Assembly: GCF_009914755.1 (NCBI RefSeq)
Contig: NC_060926.1
Strand: one strand, 5' to 3'
DNA: 64,000 nt
DNA from: the human T2T-CHM13v2.0 reference genome, Homo sapiens
Below the pieces are notes generated by a model, which ran no database searches, was not told the origin of the DNA, and worked only from the letters and a program-made list of their open reading frames with translations. Of the stretch, positions 1 through 11,744 are shown one piece after another; the first letter of the stretch is position 1; each line of letters opens with the position of its first letter. The position numbers were made by a program, and so were the translations under genes.

Positions 1-169
1 TAAATCTCATTTGTCAGTTTTTGTTTCGTTGCAATTGCTTTTAGCATCTTTGTCATGAAATCCTTGCTCATGTCTATGTCCTGAATGGTATTGCCTAGGC
101 TTTCTTCTGAGGTTTTTATAGTTTTAGGTTTTATATTTAATTCTTTACTCCATCTTGAGTTCATTTTTG
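1..169 (-). mobile_element. L1 (older L1PA/L1PB-type) ORF2 fragment, antisense; continues left of the window
   Basis: Reverse complement reads CAAAAATGAACTCAAGATGG...AAACCTAAAACTATAAAAACC...AGCCTAGGCAATACCATTCAGGACATAG, typical of the 3' half of L1 ORF2. Confidence 0.9.
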
Positions 170-780
170 CAAAAGAAAAAAAACACAAAAACCCCATCCA
201 AATGGCAGCAACCTCGAAGATTGAAGGTAGATAAGCCCACAAAGATGAGAAGGAATCAGCACAAAAATACGGAAGACTCAAAAAGCCAGAGTGCCCACTT
301 TCCTCCAAATGACTGCGACACCTCTCCAGCAAGGGTTTGGAACTGGGCTGAGGCTGAGATGGCTGAAATGACAGAAGTAGGCTTCAGAATGTGGATTAAA
401 AACGAACTTCACCGAACTAAAGGAGCACGTTGTAACCCAATGCAAGGAAGCTGAAAATCATGATAAAACAATGCAGGAGCTGAACAGCCAAAATAGCCAG
501 TATAGATAGAAATGTGACTGACCTGATAGAGCTGAAAAACACACCTCAGCAACTTCACAATTCAATCACAAGTATTAACAGCAGAATAGACCAAGTGGGG
601 AAAAGAATCTCAGAGCTTGAAGTCTGTCCCCCTGAAATAAGACAGACAAGAATAGAGAAAAAAGACTGAAAAGGAAGGGAAAAAAACTCGCAGAAATATG
701 AGATTATGTAAAGAGACTGAATCTATGACTGATTAGGGTACCTGAAAAAGATGGGAAGAATGAAACCAATTTGCAAATAT
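170..780 (+). mobile_element. L1 5'UTR end and ORF1 N-terminal part, frameshifted pseudogene
   Basis: ATG at 245 opens [23 protein letters not shown]...[10 protein letters not shown], resembling the primate L1 ORF1p N-terminus; downstream GAAATATGAGATTATGTAAAGAGAC matches ORF1. Confidence 0.9.
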
Positions 781-929
781 TTTTAAAACCAAGAGTAAAT
801 AATATTGGGACCTTGAAATCAGAATTTTAACAAGTCAAATTTTTCTGACCCCCATGAAGCTTCTTCTCACTCAACACTGTGTTTTTTAGTACCTCATCTT
901 CAAGTGTAAACCTTGTTTCACTTAAACCA

Positions 930-1340
930 ATCCTCACAGCATTAATTCTGCCCTCCAGAACTGGGCATATGAGCTAAATCAGGCTAATGAGATTTTAATC
1001 CAGCTGTTGGCAGGGAGAAGTGCAAAAAGTTTTATCTTTCCTGCTGGATTAGAAGGAAATGAAGAATGGAGTCAAAAATAGTAAGTTGGGTGAGGAAATA
1101 TGAGAAAAATACCGGGTCCTTACTTGAGCACCAAGATCAATTCTCACGTTAAGCAATATTAGTTATGGCAGCATTTGTTTACAATACTAGTTGTACCAGC
1201 ATTGTTGGTTTTACTAGCAACAGTAGCTATATGACCAGGAGCTAATAAATTGCCTTTATTGTTTAGGCCAGATTGAGGTGATTTTCTGTGACTTGCAACT
1301 AAAAATATCCTAAGATTTAGGATGCATATTAATACTGATA
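930..1340 (+). mobile_element. Probable ancient MaLR/ERVL LTR (MLT1-like), degenerate
   Basis: 3' part GAGCTAATAAATTGCCTTTATTGTTTAGGCCAG...TTTTCTGTGACTTGCAAC resembles MLT1 LTR ends; boundaries approximate. Confidence 0.4.
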
Positions 1341-2129
1341 ATTATGTAGAAATCTTTTTTAAGAAAAAAATGAAACCAAAACACAATCAAAGATAAAACT
1401 CTCTATAATATGTCAGTAAACCTGAGTCTTCCAAAAAACTAATTGTTAGATTTTTCGGGGATTTGGGGTTTTTTTTTGTTTTCTTTTAGCTGTAATGTTG
1501 CATTAAAATCATGTCCTGTACTTTTTTGAGGCTCAAATGGATATATAGACTTCATAATAACTAAAGAGTTACCAAAATTCAATTTAATATGGTGTTGAGG
1601 CTAATGAAAGAGTAATTCAACTGTGCTAAGAACACCCTAGACCATTTCGACGTGTCTGGCCACTAATCCTACTTCATTTACATGCAGTGAGGGTAAATTT
1701 AGGCCAAGTCTCCATGGACAAGACAAAGAAGAAAATCAGGTCTGTTCCCCAGATAATTCAGATAGCAAATTCATCTGCTCAGGGAATGACCTAATTCCCC
1801 TCAATTCACTGGTCAGTTGCCTCCAATGGGTGGTTTGTTTGATGAGCAGGAATCCTGCTTATCACCATGCCCTGTCCAAAGAGGAAGTGGAAAAGCACAA
1901 CCCTTTCTCTTCTCCTCACTTTTACTCTCTCTACGTTTCCAGACTCATCATGTTCTATTTATAATCCCATGCCACCTTCTTACATGAATAGAAGCTGAAA
2001 AAATATGAAAACTAACCAAAATTTAAAAATTAAAAAAAAAATCTGGCATTGAATCACAGAATTTCTAAAATTTCTGTATACAGTGTATATAGAAGTGTGG
2101 CCTAGGGCCACTGACACAAAACTCACCAA

Positions 2130-2270
2130 AGGTGATTACTAAAATTTCCTGGTTAAGCCTCCCCACCCACAGATTCCCTTTCAGTATGTCTGAGACAGAA
2201 GCCACAAAGTTGAAATTTTAATAAGCCTCATGTGAGTTTTAGGCACATGAAAGTTTGAGAAACATTGACA
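2130..2270. mobile_element. MER5-like hAT-Charlie MITE remnant
   Basis: CCCACAGATTCC...TCAGTATGTCTGAG...TTTTAATAAGC...AAGTTTGAGAAACATTG pattern. Confidence 0.5.
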
Positions 2271-3519
2271 CAAACCAGGTCTTATGCTTTTCACACTTTT
2301 ATAGCTAATTATCTGGTCTGTATAGCAGGTTTTAAGGTGATTATAGCATAAATACCATACACTTTTTTTTTTTGGTCAAAAATAGGTCTTGAGAGAGTGT
2401 AAGGAGTTACCCATCACAAATGAACTTTCAAACAGGCAATAGGGGCTGTACTGTCATGACCATGGGGGAAAACACTTTAAGCTATATGTTACATTGATAT
2501 TTTTTACAGGAGTCTTAGCATAACACATTATTATGCAAGAGATGTTGAGCAATTGAGCATATTTAGTGATAATATACTCTTTGCTATTTGAAAACAACAA
2601 ACACTATCACATTAGTTCTGTTTTTAAAATAGCAGATCCCAGTTACTTAGCCTGTGAGGTTACGCATCCAAAATTTTTGTAGGAATTTTTAGCACAGGCA
2701 TATTGTACATGCATGGCACCAGGTTATTTTGGCACAATTACATCAGATTAAAGATCCGCTGAGACATCCTGTAAATCTAGATAAAATAGCTCCCAATATC
2801 TGCAACTGTCAGTGACAGAGCTCCAAATGCTCACAGTCTGCAAAGCAGCAGTAACTTATATAACAGTCTACCTACAACTAGGTTTTTGTCGAAGCACTAC
2901 AGATACTGAAGAATGTATTCAAACACTGTAAACTAGCTGTGTAGAGGTAAGAGAGAAACATAAAACAAAACCAGAATATAATCACCTAAATCCAAAACGT
3001 CCAGCTTCCATGTATATCCATTCTAAGAGAAATGACGGAGCACAAGAAGTAAGGAGAAAGGAAACAGAAAAGAATTCCAGATGTAAAATTATATTAATAT
3101 TATTACATTCCAGTATATAAGGAAGTGTATGAAAGTAATTTTATTGTATCTATAGGAACAAACTTTTATTTGGACTAAGAAGTACTTTAGCTCTAAAATA
3201 CATATTTTGTCAATATCAGGTTTTAGTATTTGCGTCAAATCCTTAAATCTTATTAAAAAATTTTCAAGTGCTGTATAACAAATCTGATCTCTAGATGAGT
3301 GAGAATTAATCTCTATAATAAGGAGCAATGGTTTCACACTATTTCCTCAGAGATCCCAGGACTAGAGCATAATTAAGCCCCCATCTGCTGATGGTATTAA
3401 CACACTCTTTATTTCCAATCATTTTTCCTTTGAGTGTGGGACCAGGACCAACTCTGAGGTGAGAAGTGGGAGGGGAAGGACAAAACAGGTTTTACTTTGG
3501 AGTAGTTAGATGTAGTTGA

Positions 3520-4780
3520 TTCAGCAAGCACATTCAATTTGAGCACCTGCTTCAGGTCAGAACCTCTAGGAAGAAGATAGCAGGATGAGACACTGTCCCT
3601 GATATTAAACAGTTACAGTCTAGTGATGGAATTCTCCTTGCTGTGCTCCACCTTAGAATGACTTGATTCCAATCCTTTGTGTGCTGAGATTTAGAGTCGT
3701 CTTCCTTTCTGATAATCTGTCTCCTAAAGCTTTTTATTTTTATCTGAAAAACTGCCATCCTCTTCCTTTCCTTTATATACAAAATTTTTTAAGAATGTCA
3801 TCTCAGTGTTTGTAATGTTTAACCTTCTCTTATAGTTTGATTTTTGCTTCCACCATTTCTTTAAAATTGCTTTTGCCAATGTCCTCATTTCATGAATGCT
3901 ATTTTTTAGTGTTTATTTGAATAAAACTCTGTGCTGTATTACATCACTGTTTGTCCCATGTATTTAAGGTTTATTGAGTGTCTCTTAAGGTCCCAGCATG
4001 GCTTCCAGTGCTGGGGATTAACAATGAACAAGTAAGGCAAGCACCTTGCTCTCATAAAGCTGGTATTTTAGGTGAACACTGAGGTTGGTTATCCATAAAA
4101 CTCCTTAGCTTCAGGAAACCATTTTTTTGTTGTTGTTCTTCTTCTACCTCTCTGAGAAGGTTTGCTTTATAATACCTTTTTATTCTAACTATTAATATTC
4201 CTTTTAAGTTTTTGCCCTCAAATTATTTTCTTTCTCCTCTTTCTCTCCTAATGTAACTTCGTTCACTCTACTACCATCTATCAATTCCAAATGAATTTCT
4301 ATATCCAGCCCTGAAACTTCCTTGTGCTTCAGACATTCATATGTCTGCTGGATAGCTGACTCTAACTGCATTTCTTGAAGAAACTCTAAAGTAACATGCC
4401 CAAAGCTTAACTCATCATATTCCTGTGTCTCTAATCAATAACTTTTCCTGTATTCTTTATCTTATCTGGCGAAGGCATCAACCATCCCAATCTATGCTAA
4501 AAATCTGAGAATCACTCTCAACCCTTTCCTTTCCCTTGGTTATCTCCATCACATACATGTAAGCAATCATCGGAAGTAAAAGGTATAATTCTAAATATTT
4601 AGTACATATTTCTTTAATTCTACTCCTTTGTCATCATCCCTCTCACAGCCAAAGTAAAGATTGGACATTTCCCTCCTGAACCTTGGCATCACCTTCTTAA
4701 GGGGGCCCATTGCCTCAATTCATCTCTCATACAACATCCACATTAATTTCTCTGCTTAAAATTCTTGAAGAGTACCTGTC
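3520..4780. mobile_element. L2 LINE fragments (mixed orientation)
   Basis: L2 3'-end-like TTTATTGAGTGTC...GTGCTGGGGAT...CCTTGCTCTCATAAAGC at ~3970-4070 and L2 body-like ATATCCAGCCCTGAAACTTCC...AACATGCCCAAAGC at ~4300-4420. Confidence 0.55.
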
Positions 4781-4878
4781 AACAAAAATTCAAGTAAACA
4801 ATTTTTGACACACAGTAACTATGTACAAAATCTTTGTGAAACTGAACTGTTCTATGCCTTATAAATTATTTCGCCCTT

Positions 4879-5333
4879 TGTGATGGTTAATACTTAGTGT
4901 CAACTTGATTGGATTGAAGGACACAAAGTATTGATCCTGGGTGTGTCTGTGAAGGTGTTGTCAAAGGAGATTAACATTTGAGTCAGTGGACTGGGGAAGA
5001 CAGACCCACCCTTAATCTGGGTGGGCACCACCTAATCAGCTGCCAGCAAATATAAAGCAGGAGGGAAGACGTGAAAAGGAGAGACTGGCCTAGCCTCCCA
5101 GCGTACGTCTTTCTCCCATGCTGAACACTTCCTGCCTTTGAACATCAGACTCCAAGTTCTTCAGTTTTGAGATGCGGACTGGCTCTCTTTGTTCCTCAAG
5201 CTTGCAGATGGCCTATTGTGGGAACTTGCAATCCTGTAAGTTAATACTTAATAAATTCCCAAATATATACATACATATATATATATGTATCCTATAAGTT
5301 CCATCCCTCTAGGAAACCCTGACTACTAATACA
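4879..5333 (+). mobile_element. MLT2A (HERV-L) solo LTR
   Basis: Starts TGTGATGGTTAATACTTAGTGTCAACTTGATTGGATTGAAGG, ends CCCTGACTACTAATACA; 5-bp TSD CCCTT/CCCTG. Confidence 0.9.
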
Positions 5334-5674
5334 CCCTGTAATCTAAATATGTTTTTGATAAATAGAGCATGTCCAGACACAGAATAAAACAATATGCCAA
5401 ATAGTGGCACATAATTACTATTACAAATAAACCATAAGCTCTGTCCTGAAGCTCTGAGGATTGAGTCTTGGCGGAAATAAAGAGCAAGAATAACATCAGT
5501 TTTTTCAACCGGAGTCCCCAAAGTGTGTAAATTTGCAAGAAGCCACATTTATGACGTTTTGCTATCAGACTAGAAGTAGATACTACTTTTTAAAAAAGTT
5601 GAAATTTTCCAAAGCTTATTTTAAAGAGGCATACATTTCTTCTACAAGCTGTACATTTTATCAATTAAAATTTC

Positions 5675-5982
5675 AGCCAGGCACAGTGGCTCATGGCTGT
5701 AATCCTAGCACTTTTGGAGGCAGAGGTGAGATCATTGCTTGATCCCAGGAGTTCCAGACCAGCCTGGGCAACACGGTGAGAGCTTGTCTCTATAAAAAAT
5801 GAGAAATAAAAATAAGCTGAGTATGGTGGTGTGTGCCTGAGGTCCCAGCTACTCATAAAGCTGAGATGGAAGGATCACTTCAGCCTGGGAGGTCAAGGGT
5901 TAAGTAAGCTGTGATTGTGCCACTGCACTCCAGCCTGGGTAACAGAGTGAGACCCTGTCTCAAAGGAAAAAGAAAAAAAAAA
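5675..5982 (+). mobile_element. AluJ
   Basis: Dimeric Alu with J-type motifs (CCCAGGAGTT, GGATCACTT..GCCTGGGAGGTC) and an A tail. Confidence 0.95.
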
Positions 5983-8249
5983 TTATTTCTGTATACAAAA
6001 TGTTATTAAATAAAGGAGTCTTCAATAAGTAATGTTCTAGAACATAAATGGTAATTTTTAAAGTATCACTAATATGTTGGCTGCCCAACTGCTTTCATAC
6101 TAAATGCCTGTTCTCTATATAAACATTAGTAATAACAAAATCACAGAATTCATTAAATAATTCAAATCCACACTCATAAACTCATTTGAGATTCCTCCTT
6201 TCTGAGATACTCAGCTTCCCTTTCACTCTTTTATACTAAAGATTGAATTAGATGTTTACTGAAATTACCCCCTCTATTTGTTCCTGGGCTCATGATACCA
6301 TTATTCAGACTCAAACTAATGCCTGCTTCTAGTGGTAATTTTTGAATTAAGTAGATGGTGTATCTTTTTAAAGTGGCATCTATATGATGAAACTGTATTG
6401 TCATTTTGCCATTCTGGTAATGCTGTCAATAATTGATGCACACATTTTGAAAGTATAAAGGATGGGTTATTAGAAAAATCAATTAAGCTATCCATTAAAG
6501 TAGTCAGCAAATTTGTCAGAGTTAAGATTGTCGTAATGAAATCTAAAGGTCATTCAACATACCATGTTCCTTGCATTCAGTACATTAATATCACCTTCAG
6601 AAATAATAATGTGGCCTATACTTCACATAAGGCCAGCTCATTCCTTTCATAGGGTAGAAATCATTTGAGGTTGTTTATTCAATGTGGCATTCTGGAAAAC
6701 ATTCCTTTTTTGAAAAATGCATAGCATGCATAATTCTGGATTCTTAATGAGGTTAGATATTCTTCTGGTAACACACTAACACATTGTAATGAAAATACCT
6801 TCAGAGAAATCCTGTGAACATTTGCCTTGTTGAATTAAACACATACATATATGTTTAAAGCATGTATATATGTATGTATACATTTTAAATAAATATTTTA
6901 AACATATATATCTATATATATATATGTACATAATTTAAGTATATGAGTTGTTAATATAGAAAAAAAGCCAACAGTCCCTGGGATATTTTTATGACATCTA
7001 AACTCTGCTCCACAATTTTTTTTATTATATAATTTTCCTGAAAGGAAAAAAAAGCAAGCACATTATATAATTAGAAAATCTTTATTGTAAGTACTTAGTA
7101 ACTTGATACTCCATGGATTTTGTATATTACTACTTCTTTGCAAATTTCAAAACCTCAGTTTCAATTTCTACAACACTGCTGGACTTAACAGAGTAACATA
7201 TTTTTACATTATGTCTAAAAACATAGTACCAATTGAATATATCTTTGCCAATAGAAGCACCTCTTAATCACTGTCCTAATGCAAGGATTTGAGGCATTTT
7301 TATAGCAATAACTTTCCTTTCAATGTAGTTGGGAGTCACAGCCCTGGAAGGAAAGTTGCCTTAAGGCTTTAGAATCTGCCCCAAAACACAGAAGGGGTTA
7401 ATGCTAGAGCCAAGATGGGTCCCAGGTGCCCGTACTGACACTGTGATGCTTGTTACCAAAGGCTGTGTCAGTTCTCTTCAGTTCTATCTACTATAATTTT
7501 TCCAGTGTTCCCTTTTGGAAAAGGCTGAGGATCATATAATTAAAAGGCTGCATCTGTTCGCTACTGCTGGCACCTCCCCTCTTGTTAGGTTCGTGTGACA
7601 GGCTTGGTTGAATATTTATCTGTGACTAATAGAGACCTCTTTTCTCAACTCCAATTGACTCACTGTGTTTTGAGAAGGCAGTGATATTGACATTACAGTT
7701 ACCACCCCTGAGACTGCTTCTCAAGCTGGAAATAAAAGTGTCGCTGTGCTGTTTGTCAGACACACCTGTGTAGAAAAAGTAATCAAATAAGCAAAGGCCT
7801 TTACTTGTTAGTTTATTCAGACTCATGTCACATTTTAATTTTATTTCTTACTCCCCTGATGAAGCAAAATGGAACCACTCTTACACCCATACACACTGTA
7901 TGCTTCAATGTTTTCAAACCCTAGTTTATGGTTTTCTCCCTTGTATATACGCTCATAGTTTACTGGTCCTTCAGGACCCAAATTGAGTGGAATTGCAACC
8001 ACAGTGCCTTCCCAGAGCTCATACCCCACAACTGCATACAGTATTTTCATTTCTGGAGTGCCACAGAATTTTATCTCTACTTGTTTTATAAAATTGACAT
8101 CATATACCTTGCTCAAACCATTGCTCTTGTCATAACATAGATATCTATATATAGTTTTTCTTTTTTTTCTATCCCCTTTGTATTTTTCAATTATCTATTC
8201 TTCAAAATTATAAGTTAGATCATCATCACAACTGCCAACCTTTATTAAA

Positions 8250-8460
8250 CTCACCCTGGGAGTATGACACAATACTAAGCACTTGATATGCATTATCTCA
8301 TTTTATCCTTGTGGCTGCTCTGTAAGTACTTTTATTATTCTCATTCTTTAAAAAAAAGGTGGGGGGAATTGCGATGTGAAACATTTAAGTATCTTTCCCA
8401 AAAATGCTGTTATCCAACCATATAGTAAGAATCCAGAGCACAGTCTCTGAACCACTACAT
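8250..8460. mobile_element. MIR SINE remnant
   Basis: CTAAGCACTTGATATGCATTATCTCATTTTATCCT resembles the MIR core. Confidence 0.55.
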
Positions 8461-8654
8461 CATGTGCCTCTATCTTGTACAAAATAGGAATTAATATAGT
8501 TTCTGAATTACTTGATGAATTCCATAGACGCTAAACATATTTTAAATCATTTTTATTTATTTGGGTAAGTGTCCCAAGTGTCCAGGCTTTTTTTCAGGTA
8601 ATTAGCAAAAAAGTGTTCACTGTAGCTAACATAGTACAGTGATTGTGAAGGGCT

Positions 8655-8795
8655 AAACACATTAGAATCTCAGGACACTAGTTAAATTGCAGATTCCCGA
8701 GTGGTTCCCAATACCTTTGGAATCAATTGCCTTGGGAATCTGGGTTTACAAGTTCTTCAGATGAAGTTTATGCCCTGCAAATTTTGTGAAACTGT
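8655..8795. mobile_element. MER5A-like MITE
   Basis: ACATTAGAATCTC...GTTAAATTGCAGATTCCC...ACAAGTTCTTCAGATGA. Confidence 0.55.
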
Positions 8796-9649
8796 GGGTA
8801 AAATAAAATGCAGAATGTTTTCATCTCTATATATTATGATAGATTCTGTGAGGAAGTTGACCTCTCCTAGTTGTAAGGCCAGTATTTATTATTTCAGGCT
8901 TTCTGGTTGCAGGCTATGAAGCTGCTGCTCTGATGTAAGAGACTGCTCCTTATACCTCTTGTCATTCAGTCTTGCAGGAACTGCAACAGATAGTATCATT
9001 AGGAGGAGTCTGGCCCCAGATTCTGTGCTCACAGGTAAAGTGAAAGGTCTAATAAAAACAGAATCTTCTGGTGGCCACCACATGCCCATTGCCTCCTCTG
9101 TAAGTTTGAGGCTTTATGCATTCAACTTCTGACCAATTTTGGTCAGAAGTTTCACTTTTTTCCCCCAATGACTTATTTTTGTTAACCTATAACTCTTTAA
9201 TCAAGAGTCTTTTCTTCATTTAACTTTTCACTCTTTCAACAAACATCAGTATTTTCAAGACACTGGGATAGAATGGGGAATTAAAGGTGAATAAAATATG
9301 ATTTCTGCCTGGGAGGAGATATAGAAGCAAAACGCAGGAACAATGATGATGCAATCTATTACAAGCCAAGAGAAGGAAAACTTTGCTTGGTAGGTGAAGT
9401 CAAGAAAGACTTGCAAAAGAAAAAAAAAAAAAAACGTGTGCCAAGAAGAAGAAATAGCATTTGCAAAGAGACAGAAGCATGATATAGTGTACTTAGTTTA
9501 AGGAAACTGCAAGTAGCAGTTAAGGTCAACCTTTCCTGAAGCAATTTAAAACACATCCTTCATGTTATTTACAATCGAAAGAAAATACACTTTCCTCCCC
9601 CTGTATAATGAACCTTATAAACCCTTTGCGTTCCTTTTTTTCTCACTTC

Positions 9650-9952
<303 letters not shown>

Positions 9953-10644
9953 TTTCTCACTTCTTTTCAACATCACATCCCTCTTTGCATATTGTTCCTC
10001 AGAGTTTTCCTTTTCTCTCAAACTGGTTGGCTCAAGACCAAATACATTTTATAACGTATTTCATAAGGTTGGCAGAATGTAAAAAAGACTTCATGTATGC
10101 ATTATGCTTATTAATTATACACCAACAGCCCTACATTATATTGCTGACTTGTATTTATTTGAAGTATTTATTAAGTAAAATGGAAGCCTGTTTGAAGGTT
10201 AAAAAAAATTATTCTGATTCTATATCAGGAAACTGAGGTGATTGAGATAATTTCTGAGACTGTTGCTAACTTTCAAGTTATAAGATTCTTGAATCTATTT
10301 AAGGGTCTACTTAGGATCCAAGACAATAGAACCAATTATATTGCAGATACCATGTGTATAGATAACAATATCCTCAAGTAATTTTAACATTTATGCCCAT
10401 CTATATTTTTTACAAATCTTTTGCCAAAACCTTTCAGAATAAATTTTTATTTTATCTCTCATTCCCTCCTTTGCCACTATAGAACAGATATATTAATCCA
10501 AAGTAAAGTGCCAAGAAAATGATGGCAGATATGTACAGTTGCAGCAAAGCCAATAGGTTCTTTACGTATTGGACACTGACAATGAATAATCAATAGTAAG
10601 TTGCTTCCATGCTCCTTATTAGAGAGTCTTCCATATGATAAGAC

Positions 10645-10780
10645 AAGGTGAGCATCAAAATCACCTGGGAAGCTAGTTCAAAATATAAATGACCAATCCC
10701 CCAGAGATCCCAATATGGTAAGTTTGGGGTAACATTTGAGCATCTGTGATTTTAACAAATTCTGCAGGTGATTATGGTGT
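10645..10780. mobile_element. MER5A-like MITE
   Basis: GCATCAAAATCACCTGGGAAGC...TTTTAACAAATTCTGCAGGTGATT. Confidence 0.6.
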
Positions 10781-11744
10781 ACAGTAAATGAAAACCTAAG
10801 AGCCTTTCTGTTAGGCAAGTATAATGATCAGTAATAGCAGAGTCCCTGAGTTTTGGCTAATCAACACATGTGCAGGATTAGGTAAGAACAGAACTTTAAT
10901 CCTCTCATTTTGCAGACTATGTTACCAGACTAAACCAATGAATTGCTTGGGTTTTGTTTTTGTTTTAACAAATTGTCACCTAATTCTTTAGTCCCATCAT
11001 GATATTTAACTTTCTAACTTTGTTCCGTAGAGATCTACTATGACTTTGGAAAATTTTGTAATATAAGAGGCCTACTTCTTTTATTTATTTATTTATTTCT
11101 AGATTTGTAGTCCATATTTTCTAAATGGGCCTTTCCTCCTATAAGAAGTCAAATGAAGTAGGTGCCAGGTTTTTAACGTGTTTCGTTTGCTATAAAAAGA
11201 AAACACAGTGCTATATCTTCCTTGGGGATCGTATTGGATTTTCAAATGGCACTCAGCCATTGATTAGCTGTCTCAAAGATTTCAGCAGGGACAGAACCCT
11301 GAGTGAAAAGAGTCATCAGTAATGATAAGTCTGTTATGTTCAGCAAGAGGAGAATTGTGGTTTTCAATTTATATATTCCCATAATGTGTACTGAACATAT
11401 GAGCAAAGGAGTGAATCAAATTGTACACACTCAGTGTGCTTGCTACCAGGCATGTGTAATCCTTCAGGGTATAGTATGGTAAAAATTTTAAATGGAATCC
11501 CGAAGCAATCCACATAAACAACTTACTGCTAATCTCCTTAAGAGTGGCAAAAGTTGATCCCATGGTGGTGTGCTTGAGTTTGGTTTCCAAGGTAATTTTT
11601 CATTAACCATTCCACTTTTGCAGAGATATTAATGACATGTTTTTAACAATTTAAAAGTCTGGAATTAAGAATAAAAATAACCTTTTAAGAACAAAAGCAT
11701 GGTAACTAATGAACAAAGAATATTATGTTGAATAGAATTGCACG

